Below are positions 21,729-31,476 of a DNA stretch of 64,000 nt, piece by piece. Below the pieces are notes generated by a model, which had not been told where the DNA came from, made no database searches, and worked only from the letters and a program-made list of their open reading frames with translations. The translations under genes were made by a program, and so were the position numbers. The stretch comes from an uncultured Rhodobiaceae bacterium (GTDB lineage Bacteria > Pseudomonadota > Alphaproteobacteria > Rhizobiales > TMED25). Each line of letters begins with the position of its first letter. Within the stretch, counting starts at the first letter, position 1. Location of the stretch: contig CAJWPC010000001.1 of NCBI GenBank assembly GCA_913045225.1, positions 15,128-79,127 of the forward strand. Reading direction: 5' to 3'.

Positions 21729-22676
21729 CTATTTCTTTTTAACTTCGTCAATTATTTTTTTTTGGAGCTTGTTCTGCTCACTCAATAGTTTACTTATGTC
21801 TTTGTTTTGCTGCTCAATTGAGTTTAATACAGTTTTGAGTTCGCTACTTTTATTTATGCTTTCACTATTTAATGCCTTTTCTAATTCAACGAGGATTGAG
21901 TTCATATCTTTTAAATTTCTGTTGAGGTAGAAATTCATTTTACTGTCAGATCTTTCATCATTAATTTCAGTCACCGTGGATAGCCATTCCTCGAGTTCAT
22001 TGTAAAATCTATTTTGAGCTTGGTTATATAAAAGATCAAAGAAGCCGAGAATTAATGATCCAGAAAGGCCAAATAATGAAGATGAAAAGGCAACGCCCAT
22101 TCCAGACAGGGGTTTTTCAAGACCTAATTTCAACTCTTCAAACATTATCGAAGCTTCACCTGTTCCAATTTTAAGTGTACTAATAGTTTGCCCAATTGAG
22201 TCAACAGTGAGTAATAGACCCCAAAATGTTCCAAGCAAACCAAGAAAGATCAACAAACCAATCATATATCTTGAGTACTCTCTTGACTCATCAAGTCTAA
22301 AAGAGATTGAGTCCAGTATAGATCTCATTGATGTTGCGGAGAGAGTAATTTCGTATTTGTGATCAAGCATCATGGTTGCCATTGGTGCAAGTAATGATGG
22401 CGGTGCGCCAATATCCGCGTGGTGGTCACCATTTTGAAAATTATTAACCCATTTTACTTCGCGGAACAGTCTTATTGTCAACCACAAAATATATATTATT
22501 CCAAAGCCAAGAACTGAACTAATAACTGTATTAATAACAGGGTTAGTTTGGAATGCTTTTGTTAGATCCTCTTGAATTAATAATATGAAAAATAAGATTA
22601 AAAAAATGAAGATTAGCATCCGAAATAAGTAAATTCTTGGATGCGTGAAGTTTCTTGAAACAGGAATATCAGTCAT
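21729..22676 (-). CDS. MotA/TolQ/ExbB proton-channel family protein
   Basis: Two N-terminal TMs, then GLLGTFWGL and GMGVAFSSSLFGL channel helices and a short coiled-coil tail. Confidence 0.85.
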   Translation of the reverse strand: MTDIPVSRNFTHPRIYLFRMLIFIFLILFFILLIQEDLTKAFQTNPVINTVISSVLGFGIIYILWLTIRLFREVKWVNNFQNGDHHADIGAPPSLLAPMATMMLDHKYEITLSATSMRSILDSISFRLDESREYSRYMIGLLIFLGLLGTFWGLLLTVDSIGQTISTLKIGTGEASIMFEELKLGLEKPLSGMGVAFSSSLFGLSGSLILGFFDLLYNQAQNRFYNELEEWLSTVTEINDERSDSKMNFYLNRNLKDMNSILVELEKALNSESINKSSELKTVLNSIEQQNKDISKLLSEQNKLQKKIIDEVKKK

Positions 22677-22707
22677 CGCTACAAATTCCCCTAATACTAT
22701 TCTTGAG

Positions 22708-23493
22708 CTACTCTTTGATTAAATTGTCGTATATTTTTTGGTTGGATACAATAAAATAATTTTTTTGTGACTTTCCTTTAAAGCTTAGCCTATTAATCTC
22801 TCCGCCAGACTCTTCTAAAATTAGGAGAGCTGCTATTAACGAGTGCTTACTTTCATTATGACCAATGAAGCAGTTTAATGCACCATTGGACACCATACAT
22901 ACCTCAAGTGATATTGCACCCATTTGACGTATTGAATTAACAGAGTTCAAATATTTTAAAAAAATATCATCTATATTGTTGTTAAAGAGATCGAGACGTT
23001 CATCAATTGATATCATTGCATTATCGGCACTCACTTCATTAGATATGCTCATTCGTTTATTATTATACCTCGCAGAAATCCCCTTTTCACCAATAAAAAC
23101 CTCGTCTGAGATTGGATTATATACGATGCTATTTTGCACAATACCCTCTTTTATGTGGGCAATTGTTATGCAAAATAATGGGATACCTCGCGTAAAATTC
23201 ATTTCACCCTCAAGGGCATTAATTATGAAAGAGTTTTTTGGAAAAGAGGTTGTCTCAAAATCATTTTTTGAGATATTAGTTATTGGAATAAACTCATAAC
23301 CATTTTTTGAATATTTTGCCTTGAGTTCGTCAATTATGTAAAACTCTACCCTGCTTTTACTTTTTTGAACAAATTCGTTTATCGATTTTTTAGAATTTTG
23401 TAAGTGTTGGAGTTCGCCAAAATCACGGCGATATATTTTTGCAACATTTCTGACAATTGAACCGAGAACATTTGTATTTGGTAGATAGCTCAT
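22708..23493 (-). CDS. suhB: SuhB / inositol monophosphatase-fold protein, catalytic motifs degenerate
   Basis: RDFGEL..LQ.S.K, NF.RGIP.F.I.IA, YNP..DE and R.MGA..L are recognisable, but DPLDGT reads NALEGE and WD.AAG reads HSLIAA. It occupies the usual suhB position after efp. Confidence 0.8.
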   Translation of the reverse strand: MSYLPNTNVLGSIVRNVAKIYRRDFGELQHLQNSKKSINEFVQKSKSRVEFYIIDELKAKYSKNGYEFIPITNISKNDFETTSFPKNSFIINALEGEMNFTRGIPLFCITIAHIKEGIVQNSIVYNPISDEVFIGEKGISARYNNKRMSISNEVSADNAMISIDERLDLFNNNIDDIFLKYLNSVNSIRQMGAISLEVCMVSNGALNCFIGHNESKHSLIAALLILEESGGEINRLSFKGKSQKNYFIVSNQKIYDNLIKE

Positions 23494-23497
23494 GAAA

Positions 23498-24061
23498 TTA
23501 GTCAGCCCGCTTTACATAAGTCATTTCATTGGTATCAACTATGATTATGTCATCGTTATTAATGAAAGGTGGTACTGTAACTCTTATATCATTTTCTAGA
23601 ATTGCTGGCTTCGATGATGAGGCTGCAGTCTGACCTTTGATGGAGGGCTCCGTATTAATCACTTTTAACGAGACTGTTTCGGGTAAAATAACACTTACTG
23701 GGCTGCCCTCATATAGCTCAACCTCAACAATCATGCCTTCTTTTAGGAATGACTTCTTTTCATCTAATATGCTCTGATTTACTGATATCTGTTCGTATGT
23801 ATTACTATTCATAAATATTAGCTCATTATCATTTGAGTATAAAAATTGATAGCTTTCGGAGTCTATTCTTACTCTCTCAACTATCTCATCTGCGCGGAAT
23901 CTCTCATTCAACTTTGTGTTATCAATTATAGATTTCATCTCTACCTGATTAAAAGCTCCGCCCTTACCAGGTTTCACAGCTTGCGTTTTAGTGACAACAA
24001 ATAGTGATCCCTTATGTTCCAGTACGTTACCTATCTTAATTTGATTTCCGTTTATTTTCAT
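23498..24061 (-). CDS. efp: Elongation factor P
   Basis: VKPGKGGAF loop, KGQTA and VPPFI motifs. Confidence 0.97.
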   Translation of the reverse strand: MKINGNQIKIGNVLEHKGSLFVVTKTQAVKPGKGGAFNQVEMKSIIDNTKLNERFRADEIVERVRIDSESYQFLYSNDNELIFMNSNTYEQISVNQSILDEKKSFLKEGMIVEVELYEGSPVSVILPETVSLKVINTEPSIKGQTAASSSKPAILENDIRVTVPPFINNDDIIIVDTNEMTYVKRAD

Positions 24062-24120
24062 CCCATCCTCTATTCGTTAACGACAGTTCTTGTCAGTAAT
24101 TTATATCTTCGTCTTGATAC

Positions 24121-25080
24121 TTATTTCATAAACTTTGGCATACGTAAATAAGTAATGCTGTAATCATTCATACGTGGTCTAAAATTTTCAAATTTGTCAA
24201 CGGCAGCTTTCCTAAGACCAGAGGACAATGTGCTCATATTCATATCCAATTCAACATCAGTTACGCCAAGTTGCTTTGCTAATAAATAATATTCATACGC
24301 CTTAACATCGTTTTTTACTGTTCCTATACCATAATAATACATGGTCGCTAACTGTTGTAATGCTGGTGGATAAGCCTTTTGTGCTGATCTTTCAAGCCAT
24401 CTAATAGCAATTTTTTCATCTTTCTTAATTCCAATCTCATTCAAAATCATCATTGCATAATCATATTCGGCTTCTGTGTAACCTTGGTCGGCAAATTCAA
24501 ACATCATTAGAGCTGCATTTTTTTTATCAATTTTTGTTCCAATACCATTAAGCTTATATTCAATGAGAGAATACTTTGCTAATTCAATTTCTTTACTGGC
24601 ATCACTCATATATTCATAAGCCACTGACTCATTCAGTGGAACATTAATTCCATACCTATGAAAAATTGAGAGATAATATTTCGCGTAAGATGATAAAAAT
24701 TTATCACTGCTATTTTTCAATTCATAAAAATAATTATATGATTTTGAGTAGTCAATTTTATTATGAAAAAGTACTTCTGCTATTTCAAACTTTGAATTTT
24801 GATTACCTTTTTTAATAGACTCTTCATACCACTCATTTGCAGTGTCAATTTCTCCATTTTTTATAAATTTTTTTGCTAGCCAATAGGCCCACTTTTGTTC
24901 GCCATGAGTATTGTATAACTCTATTGCTTCATTGATTTCATTATTATTTAACAATGTTTTGAATTTATCATTTGGGATATCAGCAGATACTGAAGTAAAA
25001 CATATAAGGAAGGCACCGAGTATCAGGGAAATCTTTTTTGAGTCTAATACTCTGTTTATTTTTCTAAATCTTCTGACCAT
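24121..25080 (-). CDS. Sel1-repeat exported protein
   Basis: Signal-peptide-like N-terminus and repeated A...Y..G.G...D...A units (AEYDYAMMILNEIG, ALQQLATMYYYGIG). Start overlaps the fba stop by 25 nt. Confidence 0.85.
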   Translation of the reverse strand: MVRRFRKINRVLDSKKISLILGAFLICFTSVSADIPNDKFKTLLNNNEINEAIELYNTHGEQKWAYWLAKKFIKNGEIDTANEWYEESIKKGNQNSKFEIAEVLFHNKIDYSKSYNYFYELKNSSDKFLSSYAKYYLSIFHRYGINVPLNESVAYEYMSDASKEIELAKYSLIEYKLNGIGTKIDKKNAALMMFEFADQGYTEAEYDYAMMILNEIGIKKDEKIAIRWLERSAQKAYPPALQQLATMYYYGIGTVKNDVKAYEYYLLAKQLGVTDVELDMNMSTLSSGLRKAAVDKFENFRPRMNDYSITYLRMPKFMK

Positions 25081-26084
25081 TCGCCTTTCGTGGCCAAACT
25101 ATTCATGTAAGCTCGGTGTCTGAAAGCTTGTTGAGCTTCCGTTACATTTTCATCTTTTCCACCCCAAGCCATTAATGCACTCTGCTGGAGAGCTCTTCCA
25201 TAAGAAAAACTTAAATTGATATCAAAATCTTTTATTTTATTCATAATTGATAAATGTTTTGTTGCGTCGATATCATTTTGTCCACCTGAGAGAAAGCATG
25301 CGCCGGGAACGTTATCGGGCATGTGATCTTTGAGGCATTTAAGTGTTTGCTCTGCAATCTCAAATCCTGGTGCTTGGTTTGGTGAATGTATACCAGCTAT
25401 TACCATATTTGGTTTTAGTATGATGCCTTTCAAATCAACACTAGCTTTTGTTAATTCATCAAATACTATGTCTAACGTTTTTGATGTGACCTCGTAACAT
25501 TTTTCTATTGTGTGTTTTGATTTATCACCATCCATCAATATTTCAGGCTCAACTATTGGAACGAGCATATTTTCTTGACATAATGCAGCGTATCTTGCAA
25601 GTGCATCAGCATTTGCTTGGATTGCATAGTCTGTTGGTGTTTTATCACTGATACTTATAACCGCTCTCCATTTTGCGAATGATGCACCAAGTTGTGCATA
25701 CTCCTTAAGCCGCTCTCTCAGCCCATCCAATCCTTCTGTGATAGTTTCACCTTCAAGGAGTGCTAGAGGTTTTGCACCGGTGTCAACTTTGATACCTATC
25801 AAAGTATCTGTTGCAATTAGTAAATCAATCAACTTCTCTCCATTTTGACAATCCTGCCGAATTGTTTCATCATACAAAATGACACCAGATATATAGCTTT
25901 CCATTGCGTCCGTTGTTCGAAAGAGCATCTCCCTATAATCTCTCCTATTTTCAGGCGTACTTTGCAGATTAATTTGATCAAACCTTTTTGTAATAGTTGC
26001 CGTACTCTCGTCTGCGGCTAAAATACCTTTTCCATTTTGAACTAATTTTTCAGCAATCTGATGTAAAATGTCATTCATTATCAA
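25056..26084 (-). CDS. Fructose-bisphosphate aldolase class I
   Basis: GKGILAADES, GIKVDTG, FAKWR, VPIVEPE, LKPNM and SFSYGRALQ motifs. Confidence 0.97.
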   Translation of the reverse strand: MIMNDILHQIAEKLVQNGKGILAADESTATITKRFDQINLQSTPENRRDYREMLFRTTDAMESYISGVILYDETIRQDCQNGEKLIDLLIATDTLIGIKVDTGAKPLALLEGETITEGLDGLRERLKEYAQLGASFAKWRAVISISDKTPTDYAIQANADALARYAALCQENMLVPIVEPEILMDGDKSKHTIEKCYEVTSKTLDIVFDELTKASVDLKGIILKPNMVIAGIHSPNQAPGFEIAEQTLKCLKDHMPDNVPGACFLSGGQNDIDATKHLSIMNKIKDFDINLSFSYGRALQQSALMAWGGKDENVTEAQQAFRHRAYMNSLATKGEWSEDLEK

Positions 26085-26103
26085 TTACCCATACCGATTG
26101 GCA

Positions 26104-27282
26104 TTAATGCTTATTTAAAATTGCTTCTACAGCTGGCAAATCCTTTCCCTCAAGCCACTGTAAAAATGCTCCTCCACCTGTTGAAACATGTGTATAGTCT
26201 TCATATGTTCCAGCAATATTAATTCCATATATGGTATCTCCACCACCCACAACTACTTTAGAATTTTTATCTTTGCATCTCAGAGCTAATTCTTTCGCGA
26301 CAGCAACCGTTGATTGGTCGAAGGGCTTATATTCAATGGCTCCTAGCGGACCATTCCATATTACGGTATTTGCATCGGAGATTTCATCCATAATAATTCT
26401 AGATGATTCAATTCCAAGGTCAAGAATCATGTCATCGATTTCGATTTCATCCAAAATTTTATTTTTCGCGCTTGGGTAATCACCCAATTTTTTAGATACT
26501 TTAGCGTCAATAGGAAGAACTAATTTAACATTTTCCTTCTTGGCTGAATTGATGATATCATTGGCAATATCAATACAACTCGCTTCGTATAGCGATGAGC
26601 CAATATTATTTGAGGTGGCCCTTAGAAATGTATTCGCCATAGCCCCACCAATTATAATTTTATCAACGTTTCTTATCAAACTCTCAAGGAGTTGGATTTT
26701 TGTTGAAACTTTTGATCCACCAATGATTGCAACAACCGGATTTGTCGGATGGGAAAATACATCATCGAGTGCTAAAATTTCTTTTTCCATGCAAAGCCCG
26801 AAAAAACTTGGTAGAAATTTAGGGAGTCCACTTAGAGATGCATGTTTCCTGTGTGAAGCGGCGAATGCATCGTTTACATATACTTGTCCCATTTTACTAA
26901 GTTCTTCTGCAAACCTGTTATCATTTAGTTCCTCTTGTGGAAAGAATCTTATATTTTCAAATAAAAATATTTCCTCCTCATGTCTTGTTATGTCTTCATC
27001 AAGTCTGTTGATAAATTTAACATTTCTATTTATTTTTTTCTCTAATTCCCTCGCAATCGGCTCCATTGATAAAGAAATATCTATCTGACCTTTTGGGCGC
27101 CCCCTATGTGTAATGATAATTATTTTAGCCCCCATTTTAAGGAGGGCATTAATAGTTGGAATAGACTCATCAATTCTGGTCGTGTCAACAACGACTTTAT
27201 CATTTGTTGGGACATTGTAGTCTGTGCGTAATAGGACTATTTTATTTTTAAGATTTTCATCCTGAAAGCTCTTTATTTGCAT
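26104..27282 (-). CDS. pgk: Phosphoglycerate kinase
   Basis: DYNVP, GRPKG, LFENIRF, GGSKVSTK, WNGPLG and STGGGAFL motifs. Confidence 0.98.
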   Translation of the reverse strand: MQIKSFQDENLKNKIVLLRTDYNVPTNDKVVVDTTRIDESIPTINALLKMGAKIIIITHRGRPKGQIDISLSMEPIARELEKKINRNVKFINRLDEDITRHEEEIFLFENIRFFPQEELNDNRFAEELSKMGQVYVNDAFAASHRKHASLSGLPKFLPSFFGLCMEKEILALDDVFSHPTNPVVAIIGGSKVSTKIQLLESLIRNVDKIIIGGAMANTFLRATSNNIGSSLYEASCIDIANDIINSAKKENVKLVLPIDAKVSKKLGDYPSAKNKILDEIEIDDMILDLGIESSRIIMDEISDANTVIWNGPLGAIEYKPFDQSTVAVAKELALRCKDKNSKVVVGGGDTIYGINIAGTYEDYTHVSTGGGAFLQWLEGKDLPAVEAILNKH

Positions 27283-27297
27283 AAGATCAATCCATCA

Positions 27298-28308
27298 TCA
27301 GAGAAGTCTGCTGATATGTTTCGCCATATCACACATTCTTTGTGAAAATCCCCATTCATTATCATACCACGCCATAACCCTTACTAATTTTTTATTTGTA
27401 ACCCGAGTTTGATCTAATGCGATAACTGCTGAATGGCTGTCGTGATTTATATCAACGGATACAAGCTTATCATTTGTAGTACTTAGAATATTTTGGAACT
27501 GATTTTTTGAAGCTTGGACAAGAATCTCGTTGATCTGATTTATACTAGTATCTTTATTTGCTGTAAATTTTAAATCGATCGCGGATACGTTTGGTATTGG
27601 AACCCGCATGGCAATTCCATCTATTTTTCCTTTTAACTGAGGAATCACCTCACCAACTGAAATTGCAGCTCCAGTTGTTGTTGGAATAATTGATTGCGCA
27701 GCTGATCTTGACCGATATAAATCTTTGTGATTTCTGTCCAGCGTAGGTTGATCACCAGTGTAAGAGTGTATTGTTGTCATAAAGGCAGTATCAATTCCTA
27801 CTGTATCATTAAGCACCATTGCCAGAGGGGCCAAGGCATTTGTTGTACAAGAAGCATTTGATATTACCCTATGATCAGGCTTGATTTCTAAATGATTTAC
27901 TCCAAAAACTGCCGTTATATCCACGCCTTTTGCGGGTGCCGATACCAATACTTTTTTCGCGCCAGCATTAATATGTTTAACACATAATTTTTTATCATTA
28001 AACTTACCAGTACACTCAAGTACTAAATCAATATCAAGTTCGCCCCATGGTATATCTTTTGGATCCTTAGACGAAAATTTTTTTATGTGTTTTTTATTTA
28101 TTTTAAATAAATCAGAGTTTATTTTTTCTATTTCATCTGCTAACGTCCCGTGTATTGAGTCATATTTCAGCAGATGCAAATTTGTTTCAACCGGAGCTGA
28201 GTCATTGATTGCTAACAAATCAATTTCATGAGAGTGATCACTAATTATTGCGCGCGCTACATTTCTTCCGATACGACCAAAACCGTTTATTGCTAATTTT
28301 ATTGTCAT
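27298..28308 (-). CDS. gap: Type I glyceraldehyde-3-phosphate dehydrogenase
   Basis: INGFGRIGR, ASCTTN and WYDNEWGFS motifs. Confidence 0.96.
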   Translation of the reverse strand: MTIKLAINGFGRIGRNVARAIISDHSHEIDLLAINDSAPVETNLHLLKYDSIHGTLADEIEKINSDLFKINKKHIKKFSSKDPKDIPWGELDIDLVLECTGKFNDKKLCVKHINAGAKKVLVSAPAKGVDITAVFGVNHLEIKPDHRVISNASCTTNALAPLAMVLNDTVGIDTAFMTTIHSYTGDQPTLDRNHKDLYRSRSAAQSIIPTTTGAAISVGEVIPQLKGKIDGIAMRVPIPNVSAIDLKFTANKDTSINQINEILVQASKNQFQNILSTTNDKLVSVDINHDSHSAVIALDQTRVTNKKLVRVMAWYDNEWGFSQRMCDMAKHISRLL

Positions 28309-28324
28309 TTCTTAAGCCAACTAT

Positions 28325-30313
28325 TTATTTGCTATTTAAGATTACATCTATTATGCGTTCTTTGGTAATATTAAAATTTTTATACAAGTCTTTATATGGC
28401 CCGCTCGCTCCAAATGTTGACATCCCGATAAATATTCCATTTTCCCTTAATATTCTATCCCAACCCTGAGAAACTCCTGCCTCTACCACTATATTACAAC
28501 TAGCGTTACTTATTATATTTTCTCTGAAGTCATTATCTTGCGAATTGAAATAATCAAGACAAGGCACTGAGTAAACGCTAACTTCTCTGTTTAACCGAGA
28601 CAATTCTTGGTAAGCTTCGATCGCAATATTCACCTCAGAGCCAGATGCAAATATTGAAAATTCAGGTTTTTTTGAATTGGATGCCACACAATATGCACCA
28701 TTTTTACAGGGGTTATATTTTGATTCTAGATCAAGACTCTGCCTAAATTCATTCAGATTTTGCCTTGATAGAGCCAACAAGCTTGGTCCAGTCTTATTTT
28801 CTAGTGCCAATTCCCAACACTCAACGGTCTCGATAGCTGATCCTGGACGAAATACACTCACATTTGGTATTGCTCTTAGACTTGACAGCTGTTCTATTGG
28901 CTGATGTGTTGGGCCATCTTCACCCAAACCGATGGAGTCATGTGTTAATACATAAATTACTTGTTGTTGCATCAACGCTGCTAATCTAATAGCAGGCCGA
29001 CAATAATCAGAGAAAATAAGAAAAGTTCCCCCATATGGAATAAATCCACCATGCAGGGATATCCCATTCATTATTGCGCCCATTGCGTGCTCTCTTATTC
29101 CATAATGAATATATCTACCGTATGCCTCAGCTGAAACAGGATTAATATTATCTGTTTTTGTATTATTCGAACCTGTCAAATCTGCAGATCCACCAAGAGT
29201 GATTGCTGTAGCATCGTTAATATATTTTAGGCAAATCTCCGACGCTTTCCTTGTCGCTATGCTCTGGGGCTCTTCTCTAAGATCTGCCTTGAGTTCATTC
29301 AATTTTGCAAATACACTGGGGTGTATAAATTTTTCAATTTGATCTTTAAACTCTTTTTTTACGCTTGGCGGCGATTTTTGGAGCTTATCGTTCCAAATTT
29401 TTTTCTGTTTCTGCCCTTTGATTCCAATGCTCCTCCACATTTTTATAATTTCTGGAGGTATCTCGAATTTTGAATACTTAATACCTAGCTCTTTCCTGGT
29501 CAGATTATACTCATCTTGACCAAGTGGTGATCCGTGAACACTGGCGGTTCCCTGTTTATTGGGCGATCCATATCCAATTATTGTTCTGCACAAAATCATT
29601 GTGGGCTTATCTGATGAGTTTGAGTCTTTAATTGCTCTAAAAATTTCTTTTGTATTATGACCGTTGATTTCAGTGACATTCCAGCCAGAAGCCTCAAATC
29701 TTTTTATTTGATTTGTCGAGTCAGTTTTTGCTATGGGTCCATCTATAGAAATATTGTTACTATCAAATAGAAGAGTGAGTTTCTTCAAATTCAGGTGACC
29801 GGCAAGACTTATAGCCTCTTGCGATATTCCTTCCATTAAATCACCGTCACCGGCCATAACAAATGTCTTATGATTTACTAAATCACTTCCAAATTTATCA
29901 GATAATAATTTCTCAGACAACGCCATTCCAACTGCATTGGCTAAGCCTTGGCCCAAAGGTCCAGTCGTAGTTTCAATACCTTTTGCATGACCATATTCCG
30001 GATGTCCCGCTGTTTTGGATCCTAGTTGCCTAAAGTTCTGAATTTCATCAAGTGACATATCCTCGTATCCAAGCAAATATAACAAGGAATAAAGTAGCAT
30101 AGATCCGTGTCCGCCTGATAGAATGAAACGATCACGGTTGATCCAATCAGGATCTTTTGCATCAAAATTTAGGAATTCACTAAATAATACAGTTGCGACA
30201 TCGGCCATCCCAAGAGGCAAGCCGGGATGGCCACTATTTGCAGTTTCAATTGCGTCAATTGATAGTGCTCTTATAGCATTAGCCATTTCATGGTGATTAA
30301 TTTGATTTGACAT
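28325..30313 (-). CDS. tkt: Transketolase
   Basis: SGHPGLP, GHGSML, TTGPLGQG, GDGDLMEG and THDSIGLGEDGPTHQ motifs. Confidence 0.99.
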   Translation of the reverse strand: MSNQINHHEMANAIRALSIDAIETANSGHPGLPLGMADVATVLFSEFLNFDAKDPDWINRDRFILSGGHGSMLLYSLLYLLGYEDMSLDEIQNFRQLGSKTAGHPEYGHAKGIETTTGPLGQGLANAVGMALSEKLLSDKFGSDLVNHKTFVMAGDGDLMEGISQEAISLAGHLNLKKLTLLFDSNNISIDGPIAKTDSTNQIKRFEASGWNVTEINGHNTKEIFRAIKDSNSSDKPTMILCRTIIGYGSPNKQGTASVHGSPLGQDEYNLTRKELGIKYSKFEIPPEIIKMWRSIGIKGQKQKKIWNDKLQKSPPSVKKEFKDQIEKFIHPSVFAKLNELKADLREEPQSIATRKASEICLKYINDATAITLGGSADLTGSNNTKTDNINPVSAEAYGRYIHYGIREHAMGAIMNGISLHGGFIPYGGTFLIFSDYCRPAIRLAALMQQQVIYVLTHDSIGLGEDGPTHQPIEQLSSLRAIPNVSVFRPGSAIETVECWELALENKTGPSLLALSRQNLNEFRQSLDLESKYNPCKNGAYCVASNSKKPEFSIFASGSEVNIAIEAYQELSRLNREVSVYSVPCLDYFNSQDNDFRENIISNASCNIVVEAGVSQGWDRILRENGIFIGMSTFGASGPYKDLYKNFNITKERIIDVILNSK

Positions 30314-30552
30314 ATTTGTATGCTTTTTTAAGAAAACCTGCCTTTTTTTTATAATTCAATAAAAAACTTTATCAAACAATATTTACATCCTTGTTAGTAT
30401 TTCCTGTTTAAAATACCCATGAAAAGCATTGATTTAGTTGGAAATCTTATTTTTTTTTTATTGCTTTTTACTCTTCATTAATATTATATTTCTATGGGGA
30501 CAATGTTTTCATCAGAAGTGCAGTGTTAATTACTAATTGTATGGGATTATAA

Positions 30553-30873
30553 ATGAGCCAATATAATTTGAAAAATGAAGTTGACTTAAATAATCAAAAT
30601 CTCGACGGTGTAAGCCCACGACTTGCAGCTGCATTAGAAAAATTACACACAGCAATTAACGAACTAAAAAAAAATAGAGATTTGTCAAAGTCCCAAGCAA
30701 ATGACTCCGCTAATATGGCAGATGAAATAAAGAAACTTAATGATGAAAATATCGGACTGCTTCATAAGTTAGAAGAATTAAAACAAAAAAACAATAAACT
30801 GAAGGGCGCCAATCAAGAGGTAGAGACAAGAATTTCTGAAATGATTAAAATGTATCGTAATTTTCTAAAATAG
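30553..30873 (+). CDS. DUF4164 / ZauP-like coiled-coil cell division protein
   Basis: Heptad-rich 106 aa ending ANQEVETRISEMI. Lies immediately upstream of zapA, the known zauP position. Confidence 0.7.
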   Translation: MSQYNLKNEVDLNNQNLDGVSPRLAAALEKLHTAINELKKNRDLSKSQANDSANMADEIKKLNDENIGLLHKLEELKQKNNKLKGANQEVETRISEMIKMYRNFLK

Positions 30874-30909
30874 CTAATTTGTTTGTATGTAATGTTTGTA
30901 TAATTCAAA

Positions 30910-31266
30910 ATGGGTAAAGTCACAGTAAATATTAATAACAGAACTTTTCAAATTGCCTGTGAAGACGGAGAGGAGGCTAGGCTTAAGGAGCTTGCCTCTT
31001 TTTTTTCTCGGCACGTTGATCAGTTGCAGGGAAGGTTCGGCCATATTGGAGATGCCAGAATATATGTGATGGCAGGACTATTGATTGCCGATAAGCTATC
31101 CGATGCATTATCGCAAATTGAAGAGATCCAAAATGATGTTCAGCAGCTACAAAAAAAGAATGATATGTTTAAGGAGGATAGCCATTCCTTGGAAGAATTA
31201 CTTCTAACAGATATTGAGCTGCTTACAAATAAATTAAACGAAATAAGCAAATCATTATCAACCTAA
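30910..31266 (+). CDS. zapA: Cell division protein ZapA
   Basis: V.VNIN.R.F.IAC.DGEE.RL and R..VMAGLLIAD.L motifs. Confidence 0.93.
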   Translation: MGKVTVNINNRTFQIACEDGEEARLKELASFFSRHVDQLQGRFGHIGDARIYVMAGLLIADKLSDALSQIEEIQNDVQQLQKKNDMFKEDSHSLEELLLTDIELLTNKLNEISKSLST

Positions 31267-31297
31267 CATAGATTCAAATTTTATTTTTCAAATTAAA

Positions 31298-31306
31298 TGA
31301 TATAAT
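31298..31306 (+). promoter_or_regulatory. Extended -10 promoter for 6S RNA
   Basis: Exact TG-A-TATAAT, placing the start site near 31312-31314, where the 6S closing stem begins. Confidence 0.6.
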
Positions 31307-31310
31307 TTAA

Positions 31311-31458
31311 GTGGCTATGCGACTCGTGAGATAACTATTCCTGGCGCCATAGCAATTCAATTGGGAGCTAACACTGATTTAGATCGTGGTCTTAATCATT
31401 TGGTGCCCACCTATTTATTAGGAGCCAAGGATTGCCAAATCCACGGTCGTGTGGCTTG
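31311..31458 (+). ncRNA. ssrS: 6S RNA
   Basis: Located between zapA and the 5-formyl-THF cyclo-ligase gene (canonical ssrS site). GCTATGCGAC (31314-31323) pairs fully (with G-U) with GTCGTGTGGC (31446-31455). Internal GGGAGCT and GTGCCCACCT segments resemble alphaproteobacterial 6S RNAs. Confidence 0.85.
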
Positions 31459-31476
31459 AAATCGTGGGTATAAAAT

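Noticed and set aside
20210-22676. Zorya anti-phage system or flagellar stator
   Set aside because: No ZorC/D/E or other defence genes and no flagellar genes are adjacent. The long coiled coil is on the B subunit rather than the A subunit, and the context is core housekeeping.
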